Shown piece after piece: positions 23,875-38,053 of a stretch of 64,000 nucleotides of DNA. Made by a program: the position numbers and the translations under genes. A model generated the notes under the pieces. The model made no database searches. It had not been told where the DNA came from and saw only the letters and a program-made list of their open reading frames with translations. The DNA is from Octopus vulgaris (lineage: Eukaryota): positions 47,120,001 to 47,184,000 of the forward strand of contig OX597833.1 of the NCBI GenBank assembly GCA_951406725.2, written 5' to 3'. Positions within the stretch are counted from its first letter, which is position 1. Every line of letters starts with the position of its first letter.

Positions 23875-25829
23875 TCGGAGTGGATTATGTATATATGTAT
23901 ATTTCTAATGCTTTGGTGTTTAACAACAAACAAATACACAGCTGTATGGCCTTCACAGAAATTCTTTGGCAAAATATGTAAAAAGGTAAGTTTATGATTG
24001 AAATGAAAAAAAAAAAGACAGAGAAACCAGATAGAGAGAGAGAGAGAGACTTCAGTTCATTTATCTAAAACAAAAAAGAAAACAAAAGAACCTGCTGATT
24101 TGTAGAAATGCAATGAGATTTTCACATTTTTTTTGTTAATTTTTTTTTTCTTCTTTTACCTGAGATGAACAAAACTTTCCCATTTTCAGGTGACTCAGTT
24201 GGCTCTGTGGTAAAATCATTAGCATTCTGTGAGTACTGAATCATAGAATAATGAACATACTAATACTACTATTACTACTCGTAATACTGATAAAAACAAC
24301 AACAACAATAATAATAATAATAATCTTTTCTTAATCACCAACATCTTCATCCCACCCATGACAGCATGGAAGGCAGGCATTAAATGATGATGACGATGAT
24401 AATGATGATGATGATCATCATCATATATTATTCATTCATACAGCAAAAATGCTCATAAAGGTGTTTCAAAGTATGTGATGATAAACAAAATAATGATATA
24501 TATTAAAACAAGAGGAGGGATAAAGAGATTATATGAGGCATATTAAAATTTTCGTTTTCTTTTCTAAGTTGTACAAAATAATTAATTGAATACATACATA
24601 CATATGCATATAGTACATATGTATGCACATACATACATACATATATTCTTTTACTTGTTTCAGTCTTTAGACTGAGGCCATGCTGGGCCACTGCCTTATC
24701 TATTATATAAAATCCGTTCTGTCTGTCTGTGTGTGTGTCTTCTAGGATCTCGGGCATCCTCCATCCGATTGTGCTCAAACTTGATATGTTGATACCGACG
24801 GTATCAGGGCGTGTATAAGTCTTGAAAATATTACAAAAATCGATTCCAGGTGAGAATGCGATCGATAAAGCCGTGGGAATGTGCATTTGTATGCGCAAGT
24901 ACATCAGCTGTTGTGATTGATACTACGTGTACGCAAGAAAAATGCACGTGCAGTTTGCGCAAAAAAAGCTGGCTGGCTGACTTGAAATAATGCCACAAAA
25001 TGCAGTATATTTAAGAGACCAAAAAAGTAAGATACAAAAGAGATATTTTCTTCAAACTTGGCATGAAGGAAGGAAAGATTATTTGGTTTCTCAAGAAGTC
25101 TTTTTTTTTTGCCTTAACTTCATTTAACAAAACCAAAAATTTTATTGAAATAAAGGCATGCTTAATTATTGTTTAATGAAAAGAAAACACTGATTGCTTT
25201 TTATTCAGCAGATATGATTCAGCACTGTCCATTGGATGGAGGGCCGTTTTGCTCATATATATATAGAGAGAGAGAGAAGATAAGAAATGGGCAATAATTA
25301 ACAATGAGAAGTGGAGCATTGGTATTTAAAAGTCATTATTTAATTGAATTTGGAACCATTTACAGCTGTTTCTGTTTATTAAATTGGAGTAAATTTACAT
25401 TTACCTCATTACATTTAATAAACATCTTCAGACTGAATAGAAGGAATGAAAAGCAAAGAAAAAGAAAAAAAAAATGAAGCAAGTTCGTTAAAGTCTGTAG
25501 GCTTACATACATTTTTGTGACTTGTAAATCTCCACATGTTAGTAGATTCCTTCATTCGATGCATGTGACAGTACGTGAGGACAGTAACTATTTGACCGGT
25601 GACCACACCCAGGCTCCATGTCTGTTTTGGCATTGTTTCTATGGCTGCATGCCCTTCCTAACACCAACCCCTTTATAGAGTGTACTGGGTGCTTTTGTGC
25701 ACCACTGGCACAGGCATGTTTACATGGTACGTGTGCTTTTTACATGGCACCAGCATCCATGAACCCATAAGATTAGGAATGCTCAGCTGGGGAGGGATGC
25801 AGGGGACAAGTCTGTAATCTTGGACAATC

Positions 25830-26215
25830 AAGCTTTTACTTAGCTTGACATGTCTTTTCAAGCACAGCAAACTGCCAGGAGTTTTGGTCCCCTGCCATCC
25901 CCTCTGTGAGTCTCAACATCCGTAGATTTTTTACTCACTACTTCCTGGGTCCCCCACTTCCACATGTTCCCTTCACAGTCAGAGACTGGCTCTTGATGCA
26001 ATTGTCTTCATTCATACACATCACATGACCATACCAGCGCAGCCTTCTCTCTTGCACACTACATCTGAAACCGTGTATACCCAGTTTTTCTCTCAAATAT
26101 CACTACACCCTGTCATATATGCACACTGACATTGCCCATCCAGAGGAGCATACTAGCTTTATTTCTTTCAAGCCTTGTCCTCAGTAGTCATAGTCCATGT
26201 CTTACTGCCTTTTAC
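25830..26215 (-). mobile_element. RTE-clade LINE ORF 3' fragment
   Basis: Minus strand RLRWYGHVM...NEDNCIK motif typical of the RTE C-terminus. Confidence 0.75.
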
Positions 26216-26423
26216 TCTGAGGGAGAGGTACTTCATTGCTAACAAAGGTAATTGCATTATATGTGTGTGTGTATATATATATGTATATGTTGTATTTTGG
26301 GACGGTCATTTTTTTTTTGCCAAATTAACACACACACTATATATTTTTTTCTTCACTCCTCTATTACTGTTATTATTTTATTATTTTAGCTCCTGTTCAT
26401 TGTCTGGAAATCTTCCATCACAC

Positions 26424-26475
<52 letters not shown>

Positions 26476-26487
26476 ATGTATGTATAT

Positions 26488-26850
26488 AATGACTTGGAGA
26501 AAGCCTTTGACAGGGTCCCCCAATTCCTTATCTGGTGGTCAATGTGGAAACTGGGGATTGATGAGTGGTTTGTAAGAGCTGTACAAGCCCTGTACAGAGA
26601 TACTGTCAGTAAGGTGAGGGTTGGCAATGAATATAGTGAAGAATTCCAACTAGGAGTAGGGGTTCACCAAGGATCACTCCTCAGCCATCCTCTTATTCAT
26701 TAAAGTCCTCCATGCAATAACAACGGAATTCAAAACAGGCTGCCCCTGGTAGCTCCTCTATGCTGATGACCTTGCTCTAATAGCCGAGTCACTGCCAGAA
26801 CTAGAGACGAAGTTTAGGGTGCAGAAGTAAGGTTTAGAATCAAAGCACCT
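26488..26850 (+). mobile_element. RTE-clade reverse transcriptase fragment
   Basis: DLEKAFDRVP...GVHQGSLLS...GCPW*LLYADDLALIAES, with stops and a frameshift. Confidence 0.88.
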
Positions 26851-29813
26851 ACATTAGAGCACCAATATTAGAGGAGTTGAATGTGTGTGTGTGTTTATGT
26901 GTGTGCATGCGCATGTGTGCATGCTTCCCAATCACATAGCATCAGGTTTAGTCCTGCTGTTGGGCACCTTGGGCAAATGTCTTCTACTAAAGCCCTAGTG
27001 TTAACCAAATCCTTGTGAGTAGATTTGGTAGACAGAAACTGAAAGAAGCCCATGTGTGTGTGTGTGTACATGTTACTGTCTCCTTGTCTTGACTTCATGT
27101 CCTAGTTTTAAATGAGCATCATTGTCATGCAAATGGTCTTTTTCATTTCTGATCTTCCATAAAAACATGTCTGGTCAAGAGGAAATATTTATCACCTTAT
27201 TTGGAAAATAGGTAATGGTTGTCACTGAGAAGGGAATCAAGCCGTAGAAAGTCTGCTTCAATAAACTCCATCCAACCCATTGCAAGCACAAAAAAAGTGG
27301 TCATTAAAATGATGATGATATACAATGGTCTTCCTTCAGTTTCCATCTACTAACTCCACTCACATGGCTTTGGTTGACCCATGGCTATAGAAGAAGATAC
27401 TTATCTGATGAAACATGTAGTGGGACTGAACCAGAAACCATGTGGTTGCGAAGCAAACTTCTTAACCACTCAACCAAGCTTTGTCAGTGTTTATCAGTGG
27501 AAATGTTAAACATCTGCAGAAAACTGTTATAGCAGTGTTTTCAAGCAAAAGTTCTTGGTGGTTTTCATTCCACCCAATTTGTATAGACACTCCTTTGGCA
27601 CTGATGCAATCATAAATGCAGTGAGAAACTGGATGATCGGTTGATGACCTATAACCATGGACCTATCCGTCACAAAATGTAAAATAAAACTTTGAAAAAT
27701 CTTTCATTTCTCTAGGGTTGAGAAAATAGTACCAGTTACATAACAAGACCAGTTTGGTTGAATATCTAGCTGTTTCTTTAAGGAGAAGAATAATTGGGAA
27801 TGGGAGTTCGTGCAGGGCCAAGAGAAGGAGAAGCAAGTGAACTGGGTGAGCCTATGTGAGGGAAGGGTATATTACATCAACCAACACCAAGGAGCAAAAA
27901 TCTATGTAGTAGTGGTAGAAAAGGCAGAATGAAGAGACAGTGTGTTTATAGGCCAGAGGTTGGAGAAATCTGGTGAGCAGGTACCTTTTCTCTTTCTTTC
28001 TTTTTTTTGGAAGCAGCCAAAAATTGAGCAGACCTATATCCAAAAGTATTCTTGTCGTAATCGTCCTTTCTTTTCTTTTCTAAGACAGGAAAACTGCGAT
28101 TTCAGGCAGATTTGACTTCTGTTTCTTAGCATGTCAAGCAACCATGCAGGCCTGAGAACCACAAGAGTGGATTGATCTAGATATATAGTAATCTGGAATG
28201 TGAGGATCTGCTTTTACAACAGCAACAGCATGCCGTTCAAGAATTTGGACCTGGAGATCTCCATTTCCAGCGACTTCAAGGTCTGGGGTCTCCCGCCTCT
28301 AAGCCCTAGACCATCACCTAATCACCCTTATCCGTCTTGTTGCTTAACAACAATAGCAGTAGTAACAGCAACAGCAGAGGTGCAATGGCCCAGTGGTTAG
28401 GGCAGCGGACTCGCGGTCGGAGGATCGCGGTTTCGATTCCCAGACTGGGCATTGTGTGTGTTTATTGAGCGAAAACACCTAAAGCTCCACGAGGCTCCGG
28501 CAGGATGGTGGTGGCGACCCCTGTTGTACTCTTTCGCTCCAACTTTCTCTCACTCTTTCTTCCTGTTTCTTGTCCTCGACTTCCTACGCAACCGCTAAGC
28601 CAGGATGCGAATTCATCCATCCGTCGATGCTCTCGGTATCGGAGGTTGACCTGCTTTCTCTTCTGCGGGTCTTATGAATAGCAAAGGACCACATTTCGGA
28701 CTTCTCCCACGAAGACCGCTTCGCTCAACAAACAAACAAACAAACAAACAGCAACAGCAGCATTAGCAGTGGCACTAGTAGTAGTACATTGACAGGTGAG
28801 ATTATAAAAAAAAATAACAGATGCGTCAGGGTACAGCCCCTTTCAACTAAGTTTAGCGACATTCTCTACATTTAATTGCGTTAAAAGTTCAGAGAAATTC
28901 TCTACACGTTGTGTGCCAAAAGGAAGTGGTTTATTTGATTCGAAAAAAAAATGGCTTCTACTGCGTAAACATAACTGAAGTTCAATAAAATTCAATACTT
29001 GTTCGAGTCAAAAAGCCCGAAAAGTTTTTTAATACAAAAGCTGTCAACTTAAGACATCAAATTACGTAGAGGGGAATGACCGTTACTGATTGGACAAAAT
29101 CAGTGCTAGAGGCGTGTCATTGAAAGTTGTGCATTTGTTGAATGAAACTGTACCGCTGTATAATCATCGACCGCCGTGGTCAGTGCATTACTATGGTCGG
29201 TCCAAGATCGGTTCCAGTCCAACAGGTCTATGATCAAAGATGTTGCAGCAGTTACCATCTCAATCTTTTATTCAGACGTATTGAATCCAAGGTTATGTCT
29301 TTAATAGGTCCCATTTTTCACGCTAGTAAGGTGTGATTTTTAGCGATATTTGTCGACTGACCGCTAGGGGCTTCCTCATTGGATCTGTTTTGATACATGC
29401 GTTTGTGTGTGTGTGTGTTCTTGTAGTGTTGTTAACGTGCGTGTAAAATGTTTTATTAATTACACCTGTTTGAAGGTGCTGACCAACGTAGTTCTGTAGG
29501 AGGTCAGTTTTGATTGGGCAGACATTACGAAAGGCATTTTCAATTGTGATTGGCTCGTCTTTTAACGCTTTGCCTGTATTTTTTAATCCTTTGTATGTAT
29601 TTTGTCCCTAAAATCCATACTTCCTTTCAGATTTTTAGCTAGCTCTTGTTTTATACGTTCTGAGTAATATAAAGTTTCCCTTTCATAAGTCCCAGTTCCT
29701 GTGGTTGTTGAAACACATAGGAATATATATTATATATGATGCATAAACGCGAGGGAAATACACAGGACAGGCAAAGGGTTAAGGATTCGCGTGTTGTGCG
29801 CGCGTGTATGTGA

Positions 29814-30510
29814 GGAGAGAGAGAGAGAGAGAGAGAGAATTTCTTTATTCACCATAAGGTTGAGAAAAAGAGGGGACAATACGGGGACAGACAAAACGAA
29901 CGTTAGGGTCAGGGTATTGAATGAGACGAAACGTATGAATAAACAAACAATTAAAATATATACAATTAAACGAGAATGAGTGATTAACAAAAACTGAAGC
30001 GGAAGACGCGGTTGACCCCACAAACCACATACTCACTCTGAAGACTTTGCTTTCTACTTTTTTACATTCTCGATTAAACAGGTTCTTTCACTCGCAACAT
30101 ACTTGCTATATACTTCCATCTTTTACGAAACACACTTTGCGACAGGCATTTCTTCTCCAGCCTTATTTTCCGTTTCATGTGGAAAACGAAAAAGTCGATT
30201 AGCTCGAGACTGGAGATGAACATACCTGTTGCAATTCCTTTCACTCTCGTTTTCCATGCTACTTATTACGCCATAGCAACTACCGAGAGAAAACAGGCTC
30301 GCTCCTCCCTATTCAGGGAGGTCGGAGGAACGATCTTAATTACAGATTCGCTCGACAGTTGTACTCTTCTCGAAAGCGACAGCAGGTGTTCGACATAAGC
30401 CCAGAGTTCAGTCACCTTAGGGTATTGCACAATCGCGTGCAGGACAGTTTCACTGTCCCTCTTGCATCTTGCACAAACCGGCGAAGGTGCACACCCATAT
30501 CTAAAGAGAG
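29814..30510 (-). mobile_element. L1/Tx1-clade LINE 3' fragment (inverted relative to 12454-13069)
   Basis: Minus strand reads RYGCAPSPVCARCKRDSETVLHAIVQ (CxxC...ETxxH knuckle); highly similar to the 12454 copy. Confidence 0.8.
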
Positions 30511-31148
30511 AGCAGTATCTAATATGTCCTCTTTAAAAAAAACGGTAGGGTGTGACTTTAGGGAGATTTAATTACTATTTCTAGCAGACAGAACGAAGGT
30601 CGTAGAGGCCACATTTGTTGGCTCATCTATTTCCTATATTGTACGTTCATCTGCGATAAACACAGTTTAAGATAGCGTCCAGCTGATAGATCTCTTCATA
30701 CTCTTCTCGGTGATCTTTTCTTGGTGTTTTTCTTTTGCCATTTCCTTCCTCTCTCTTTCCTTCCAGTACTCACCGTGAGGAAAGCTCATGCCTCGCACTG
30801 TGTATTAAATACCCATCTAGTGTTATTAGAGCGCTTAAGACTGAAAGTGAAACGAGTTATAAGCGGTTTCTGTGGTGTATGTGTTCCCCGCAGCTGGACG
30901 GGACGCCAGTCCATCGCAGCGTTACTCAAGAAACAGGAAGAGAGAGTGATAGAAAGAGTACAATAGGGGGTCACCCCCCGCTGCCGGAGCCTCGTGGAGC
31001 TTTTAGGTGTTTTTGCTCAATAAACACACACAACGCCCGATCTGGAAATCGAAACCGCGATCCTAACCACTGGGCCATTGCGCCTCCACATAAGCAGACG
31101 ACACATATACATAAATCTAAAAGGCCCCGACCGAGTGCCAAAGGTTAG

Positions 31149-31202
<54 letters not shown>

Positions 31203-31635
31203 TCTCTTATAGTGTGTTCGTTTATGCAAGAACTTTGCAACTGTGTGCTTTACTAATTGTTTGTATATATGTGCAAAGGAGTTGTGTATATTTGTTTGGG
31301 TTGCGTATGCGTGTGTTTCAAATATGTGTTGGTACATGAAAGGACTTGTGTATTTATTATTTATTTATTTATATCTTTGTGTTTCTAACATACTGTGTTC
31401 GTATATCGCAAGTACATGCGCCTATTTGTTGCTGTGCTGTGTTGTGTGTAGTTTGTTGTCTTTTCAACATAAGCTGTTGTTACGGCATGACCCAATAACT
31501 TTGAATTGATAACACCGACATACCACCACCAGCATCACCGGCAAAGAAACAGCAGCCAGGAGACAAGACCGGTAAGAGTGAGCATGCACCGAAAACCGAG
31601 AAGATGAGGGACTAAATTAGGCAAAGATGTACGAG

Positions 31636-31671
<36 letters not shown>

Positions 31672-31903
31672 CAATATATGTGTGTGTGTAGTCATCGTAG
31701 AGTTGTCTTTTGTAAAACGGTGTGGTTGTTTAATAAGGCAACAAGACCGTATTTTCTGCCACTTAACGCACCCTGAAAAATGTTGGCGCTGGTTGTCTTG
31801 GCAAACCGAAAACTGTTGCCGTTTACCTTTACTACTAGCAGCTTACATATAATGCTTACTCAGGTACTTACTCGGGTACACACACAAATATGTATACATA
31901 TAC

Positions 31904-31977
<74 letters not shown>

Positions 31978-34434
31978 GTATGTGTGTGTGTACACATATA
32001 TATACGTATACATACATCCCAAAGTACTCTCATGTATAGTGTGTATGTGGGAATATGCGTAATATATAAATATATATATATATATATTCCCACATACATA
32101 TATATATATGTATATATATTCCCATATACACACACACATATATATATATTTGCCCACATAAACACACACATATATACACACACACACACACATGCATGCA
32201 TTAGTACATACCTCCTATAACACATCCATACACAACCTTAGCGTTTACACATACTTGTTTATAACGTAACAAAATGCATAGAGGCACGCATGCGTGTGCG
32301 TATATGTGTATATGTATGTGTGTGTGCGCGCGCAAAGTATTAATATGGGATCTCTCTCGCGATGCGAGTTATTTTTATCCCACAACACATGTGTACTATG
32401 GATGATCTCAGCTTTCATCGCACCCTACCGCATCATACCTCACCGTACACCTGAACAGAGGGTATGTTTAGTGAACACACACACACACATACACACTCAC
32501 ATATACGTATGTACAAACCTACACACACGTGTATGTATACATACATGCATGTATACATACACGTGTGCGTATAATATTTGTATATTTTTGTACATGTGCA
32601 TGTACTGGGTGTAGAGCGTGTATGTGTATATAATATATATATATATATATGTATATATATGTATATATATATGTATATATGTATATATATATATATATAA
32701 ATGTATATATGTATATATATGTGTGTGTGTGTGTGTGTGAGTGTATGTATGTATATATGTATGTATGCATGTATATATATGTATGTATGTTTACGTTCTT
32801 TGTGGGTGTATATGTATGTGTATATATATATATATTTATATACATATGTGTGTCTCTGTCTGTCCGTCTGTCTGTCTGTCTGACTGTATGTATGTATGTG
32901 TGTATGCATGTATGTATGTGTGTATGTATGTATGTATGTATGTATGTATGTATGTATGTATGTATGTATGTATGTGTGTATGTGTGTATGTGTGTATGTA
33001 TGTATGTATGTATGTATGTATGTATATATGTGTGTATGTATGTATGTATGTATGTATTTGTGTGTGTGTATGTATGTGTGTATTTATATCGTATAAATTA
33101 AGTGACAGCTTAGCATGCCTGTCAAGTGAGATGTGAATATATTTGGAGAGAGAGAGAGAGACAATAAAGACTGTTGACGTCTCTCATTCGCAATCTCTAC
33201 TTCCTATTCCGGCTACGCCAACTCTAAGGGTGCGATGTTGGTACCCCAGGCAAACTTTCTTTCGAGTAAACTTTTTTTTAAGTGTTGACAATGAGGAAAA
33301 ACTGCAGATGTGAGAATAACGATTTGTTTAATTAATATGCAAGCGAATTGCGGTGAGCTAGCAAGAATCGTTAGCAGGTCGGATAAGCTGCTTAGCGACA
33401 TTTCTTTCGGCTCCACCGTGCTTGACTTTGCCTTTCGTCGTTTTGAGGTCGATAAAATAAGTAACAGTTGAGCACTGGGCTTGGTGTGATCGACAAGCCC
33501 TCTCCACCAAAATTTTCAGATCTTGAACCTAAAGGGTTAAGACCCTCTTCGGTCATGAATGACTCTGGGATTGAACGTAGAAAGTTGCTCTCCGAAGCAC
33601 AAGTCTGGAAAAGGTTGTTTATGGAAGACCAACAGTCGCCTATGCATGAAAGCCTCCCCTCTCCACGTCACCGACGTTATCCAAGGGAAAGACAAAGGCT
33701 GATATAGCTTGGCACCACTGATGTCGCAACTCATTTCTACAGCTGAATGAACTAGAGCAACGCAAAATAAAGTGTCTTGCTCAAGAACAGAGCCATGCGC
33801 ACAAACAGAAAGAATTATAATAATATACAAGCGAAAAAGAAAAGCGTTAAAGTTTTAAGTCTTTCATTTTGAGAGAGAAAGAAGAGAGATAGAGAGGGAT
33901 AGAGAGCTATATTACTAGTAATAATTTCAAATCATTTGGGGGTTATCCCCTAATTTATAGGCAGATTTTTTTATATATATAATACTTATACTTGATGGTC
34001 CAACTGGTTTTTTGACAGCCGTGTTGATCTACGAATTTAGCTCTTTCTAATGTCAACATATCCAATCCAATCCTTGTTGCAGTGAGCTGGCTTGTGTATC
34101 TCAGTGACTCTGAAAGCTTTGCTTGCTGAGTGCAAGCTTTTGGTAGGGTCTCTCATGCTGAACAGATCAAAGCATAGAGGCTAGACTAATACAGACCACT
34201 TCTTCCCGAAGGTAAAAATGCGTTGGCGTAGGGTCAACACTATCATTTAGAAAAAAGCAAAGTTACAGAAGCATCGATGACAATTCAAAAGCAAAACCTG
34301 GAAAAGGAAGGCATTCTCTCGAGGAAAAGTCCGATAGGATAGGTGACTCTTTAAGGAACCATCATCGTACATTATACGTCTGGCCTTAACCTGGAACCTA
34401 CAAGAGAGACAGAAGAATGGATACGCTGAAAATA

Positions 34435-35351
34435 TCAGGACGGGCAACTTCCGTGACCACAGAGGACAAAACCGGCTCTGTGCACGTCATGATTTTCGAG
34501 GATTGTCAGATTTCAGCTAAAGTCATGGCTGAGACTTTAGGGATTTCCTAGGAAAGAGTTGGCCACATCATCCACAACATTCTGGATATCAGAAAGCTGT
34601 CCGCAAAATAGGTGCTGAAATTCCTGAACGCAGATCAGAAGCGCATCAGAGTGACGACATCAACGGTGATTTTGAACCGGTTTGCGGCGGGAGAGGCTGA
34701 TTTTATGACTCGTTTCGTCGCCAAGGATGAAACTTGGCTTCATCATTATGATCCCTAGACCAAGCAGCAATCAATGGAGTGGCCCACAGCGATTCACTTC
34801 TTCCCAAAGAAGTTTCGGGACCAGAAATCAGCTGGAAAGACCTTGGCTTTGGTGACCTGGTATAAAGACGGAATGCTTCTCATAAAATACATGCCAAAGT
34901 GTCACACCATCGATACAGAATGCTATATGTCTCTGTTGGACGAACTGCGTGAAGCTTTGAAACAGAAACGCCGTGGAAAGCTGAGCCAAGGTGTCCTGTC
35001 TTAGCAGGACAATGCACCAGCACACACAACACACGAAACTACGAAAAATATGCGACTTTGGCTTCGAATTAATAGACCACCCACCTTACTCTCCGACTAT
35101 CACGTCTTTCCACAACTGAAGAAACATCTCAAGGGAACGAAATTTCACTCCGATTCGGAAGTGATCACTGCTACAGAGGCCTCGCTGGAGGCCCAAATTT
35201 CCGAGTTCTTTTAACAGGGCCTTGAAAAACAGAAGGACTGCTGCAATAAATGCGTGAATCTGAGAGGGGAATATGTTGAATAAAATCATAATTAACTGAT
35301 CCTCCTGAATTTTCTTTTACCGCCAAACAAGAACTTTTCAACACCCCCTCA
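34435..35351 (+). pseudogene. Decayed mariner (DD34D) transposase with right TIR
   Basis: SGR...MAETLGIS*ERVGHIIHNILDIRKLSAK*VLKFL (WVPxxL remnant), KDETWLHHYDP, QDNAPAH, HPPYS..DYHVFPQLKKHLKG; several stops; TIR GAACTTTTCAACACCCCCTC. Left end not found. Confidence 0.92.
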
Positions 35352-35511
35352 TATATAACACGTATATCAGCAAAATCATTCCCACATACATAATGTAAGC
35401 TCTCGTTAACCAGGGGTTTGTTGTTCTTCATTTCACTGGACAATTTTTACTGGGTTCGTTGTGGTCCAGCTAAATCTCTTCAGCGTTTAATGCAAGAAAA
35501 AAATGCTTATA

Positions 35512-35894
35512 TCTCTATATATATAAAGCTGAAGTTGTCTGTGTGTGGCAGGTTTGGTAGCCTTCAACTAACACTATCTCCTCCGAGACCCTGCGGTGCA
35601 AATTGACCAAAATTGAGAATATGATAGAAGAAGGCTTGCTCTTCATTCTGTAGAAGATAAAATTCAAATCGGACCATGTTAAGACCAAAAATTATTTACA
35701 TCAAAAATGTGTAAAAAAATCCCTATTTTTTACGAATTTTTTGATTGCTGTGTCGCCATTTTTCGGTGTATTTCAACCAGAAAAATGTTCACTTAAAGTG
35801 AATAACAAGCTACATAATGCAAAATTTTTACTTTTCAAAATTCTAATTCTAAAGGGTCGAAACAAACTCGAGCAACAACGGGTGATACTGCTAG
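35512..35894 (+). mobile_element. Non-autonomous Helitron-like element
   Basis: A|TCTCTATATATATAAAG start, degenerate subterminal hairpin, CTAG|T end, no TSD. Similar 5' ends at 24699 and 41682; a possible minus-strand copy at 59564-60075. Confidence 0.75.
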
Positions 35895-36689
35895 TCTAAG
35901 AATAAAATTCATACTTTATTCTGTTGCAAACATTCGCCGCTTTCTTTTCAGCATATATACATAACAGTCACAAATTGTTGAAAATTTTTTATTTTTCCCT
36001 GTTGCCCTAGTCATAATGTACTTATATTGCTCGCTGTTAATTAGTGTTAAATAAATATACTTAAAAAAAAAAGATTGTATTTAAAGTAGTTGTGAGGGAT
36101 GAGCAAAAAGAAAACTGAATTTTTAGTCTGTTATTTCACATTTAACATTTAATGTATTGCCATTTAAACAATGTAAGGGTCGAGGGGGCCACGGGTGCTG
36201 GGTTGTGCTTAAAGGGCGTCAGTTAACCTTAATTTTATTTTGTCAGAAACCCGCCTTAAAATCATCTCGTGCCAATGAAGAATCGTTATTCTTGACTCAT
36301 AAGAGAGATTAGTAAATGAAAGCATATGTACTGATTAGAATATTAAATAGCTAAAGTACATTCATATAATTACGATATGCCGTATGCCGTACTATGATCA
36401 AAAGCATTCCGGTTGTAACCATCTCGTTTGAAAAAAAAAAAGGAAAAGAGATTGGATGGTTAAAATTGGAGCATCTTTGATCATAGGTCTGCTCAATCAA
36501 GGCCGTCTCGGAGCTAAACAACAACAATTACCAGTGACTAATAGGATTTTGTTTTTCATAAACATCTACCGAAGATAACTACTAACTAACGTATTTCTGA
36601 CTTCTATTAATGCCTCCTCGGTGATGCATGGCATGTGTGTAACTCGGTAGTTATCAATCATTTTGACTTCGTGGTACATTAAGCATCCA

Positions 36690-36725
36690 ATGATGATGAT
36701 GATGATGATAATAATAATAATAATG

Positions 36726-36783
<58 letters not shown>

Positions 36784-36965
36784 CAAGTTTTAAAACAAAT
36801 ATAATTTTCGTATGGTTTTTTAGACATTCACTAGTACAACACTAAGTACAAAACCAAATATATGGCACACTAGGCATAACACCAAAAGAACTTCCAACTT
36901 GTTGTCTCTTGAGGTCACTGGGTGAGACTTGGAGCCAACTTGTACAAATGTAAAGCAAAAGTCAA

Positions 36966-37047
<82 letters not shown>

Positions 37048-37387
37048 GTGGCATCTCAAGGCGACTACAGTACCAGTGATTGTAGGATCTCCAGGAATGA
37101 TAAAAAAAAAAAAGGCACTGAAACCTATTTGAAAATGATACCAGGCTTACCATCCCTACAGGAAGTGCAAAAAATCGTGTTAACTGGAACGACTCATGTA
37201 CTGAGAAGAGCATTATCGCTGTGAAATCAACATCCATTCATGAATTTATTTATTTATTAATTTTTTAAATACATATTTTACCTGTGAATTTGCGTGTGTA
37301 ATCTGGGAATGCATACAATGAGCTTCTCTGCTCTAGGTGTACGGAAAACACCCGGCGAGAAATGGAAAACAATTTGAAGAAAGAAGG

Positions 37388-37459
<72 letters not shown>

Positions 37460-37992
37460 GTGGCTCTCATGGCTTCTGATCTTAATTGATTGGAAGTGTT
37501 ATCATGTACATTATTTTGTCTTGGTATATAAGATGGGCTACAGCAAATATTCTGCTCAATACCACATATTTGCTTGTCAGTTGTTTGACCTTAACCAGTT
37601 GAGCATGTCCCTTAGTGGCTGACGATATGTGCATCTCTGATCACGAGCAGAAGTAGTGGGGGAGCATCATAGCCATGTGTTGAGAGGGATTCTTTGGGGT
37701 TTGAATAATTCACCTCTGGAAACATGGGTGGTTCTTTCAACATCCTTAAACAATCCTTATTCAGGGACCTTTTGAGCGGGATGGGCTACTCAACCTGAAG
37801 AAAATTCTAACTGGGCCCCACCTGCAAGGTCATGTGCTGTTTATCTTGATATGAGATCACCATGTCGCGCACATATGGTTGTGATGCATGTGCCTGGTGT
37901 ACCTTTATCAGACGGGTAGTCATGATGGGTATATTGGGCTTCGTATATTTTACCCCAGTGTCACTTTGATGGCATGTACTGCTCTCTCACTC

Positions 37993-38053
<61 letters not shown>

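Noticed and set aside
25204-25258. Possible minus-strand C/D snoRNA (two CTGA boxes; GCCCTCCA/TCCAATGGA resembling 18S antisense)
   Set aside because: No canonical RTGATGA C box or terminal stem, and the complementarity is interrupted; would need snoscan to revive.
27800-27933. WW-domain-like peptide GRVYYINQ
   Set aside because: Lacks the second conserved Trp/Pro and correct spacing; bounded by stops with no convincing splice sites in frame.
28140-28330. RS-rich or other coding exon
   Set aside because: Several short open frames on both strands but no recognisable domain; the RS-like frame contains stops.
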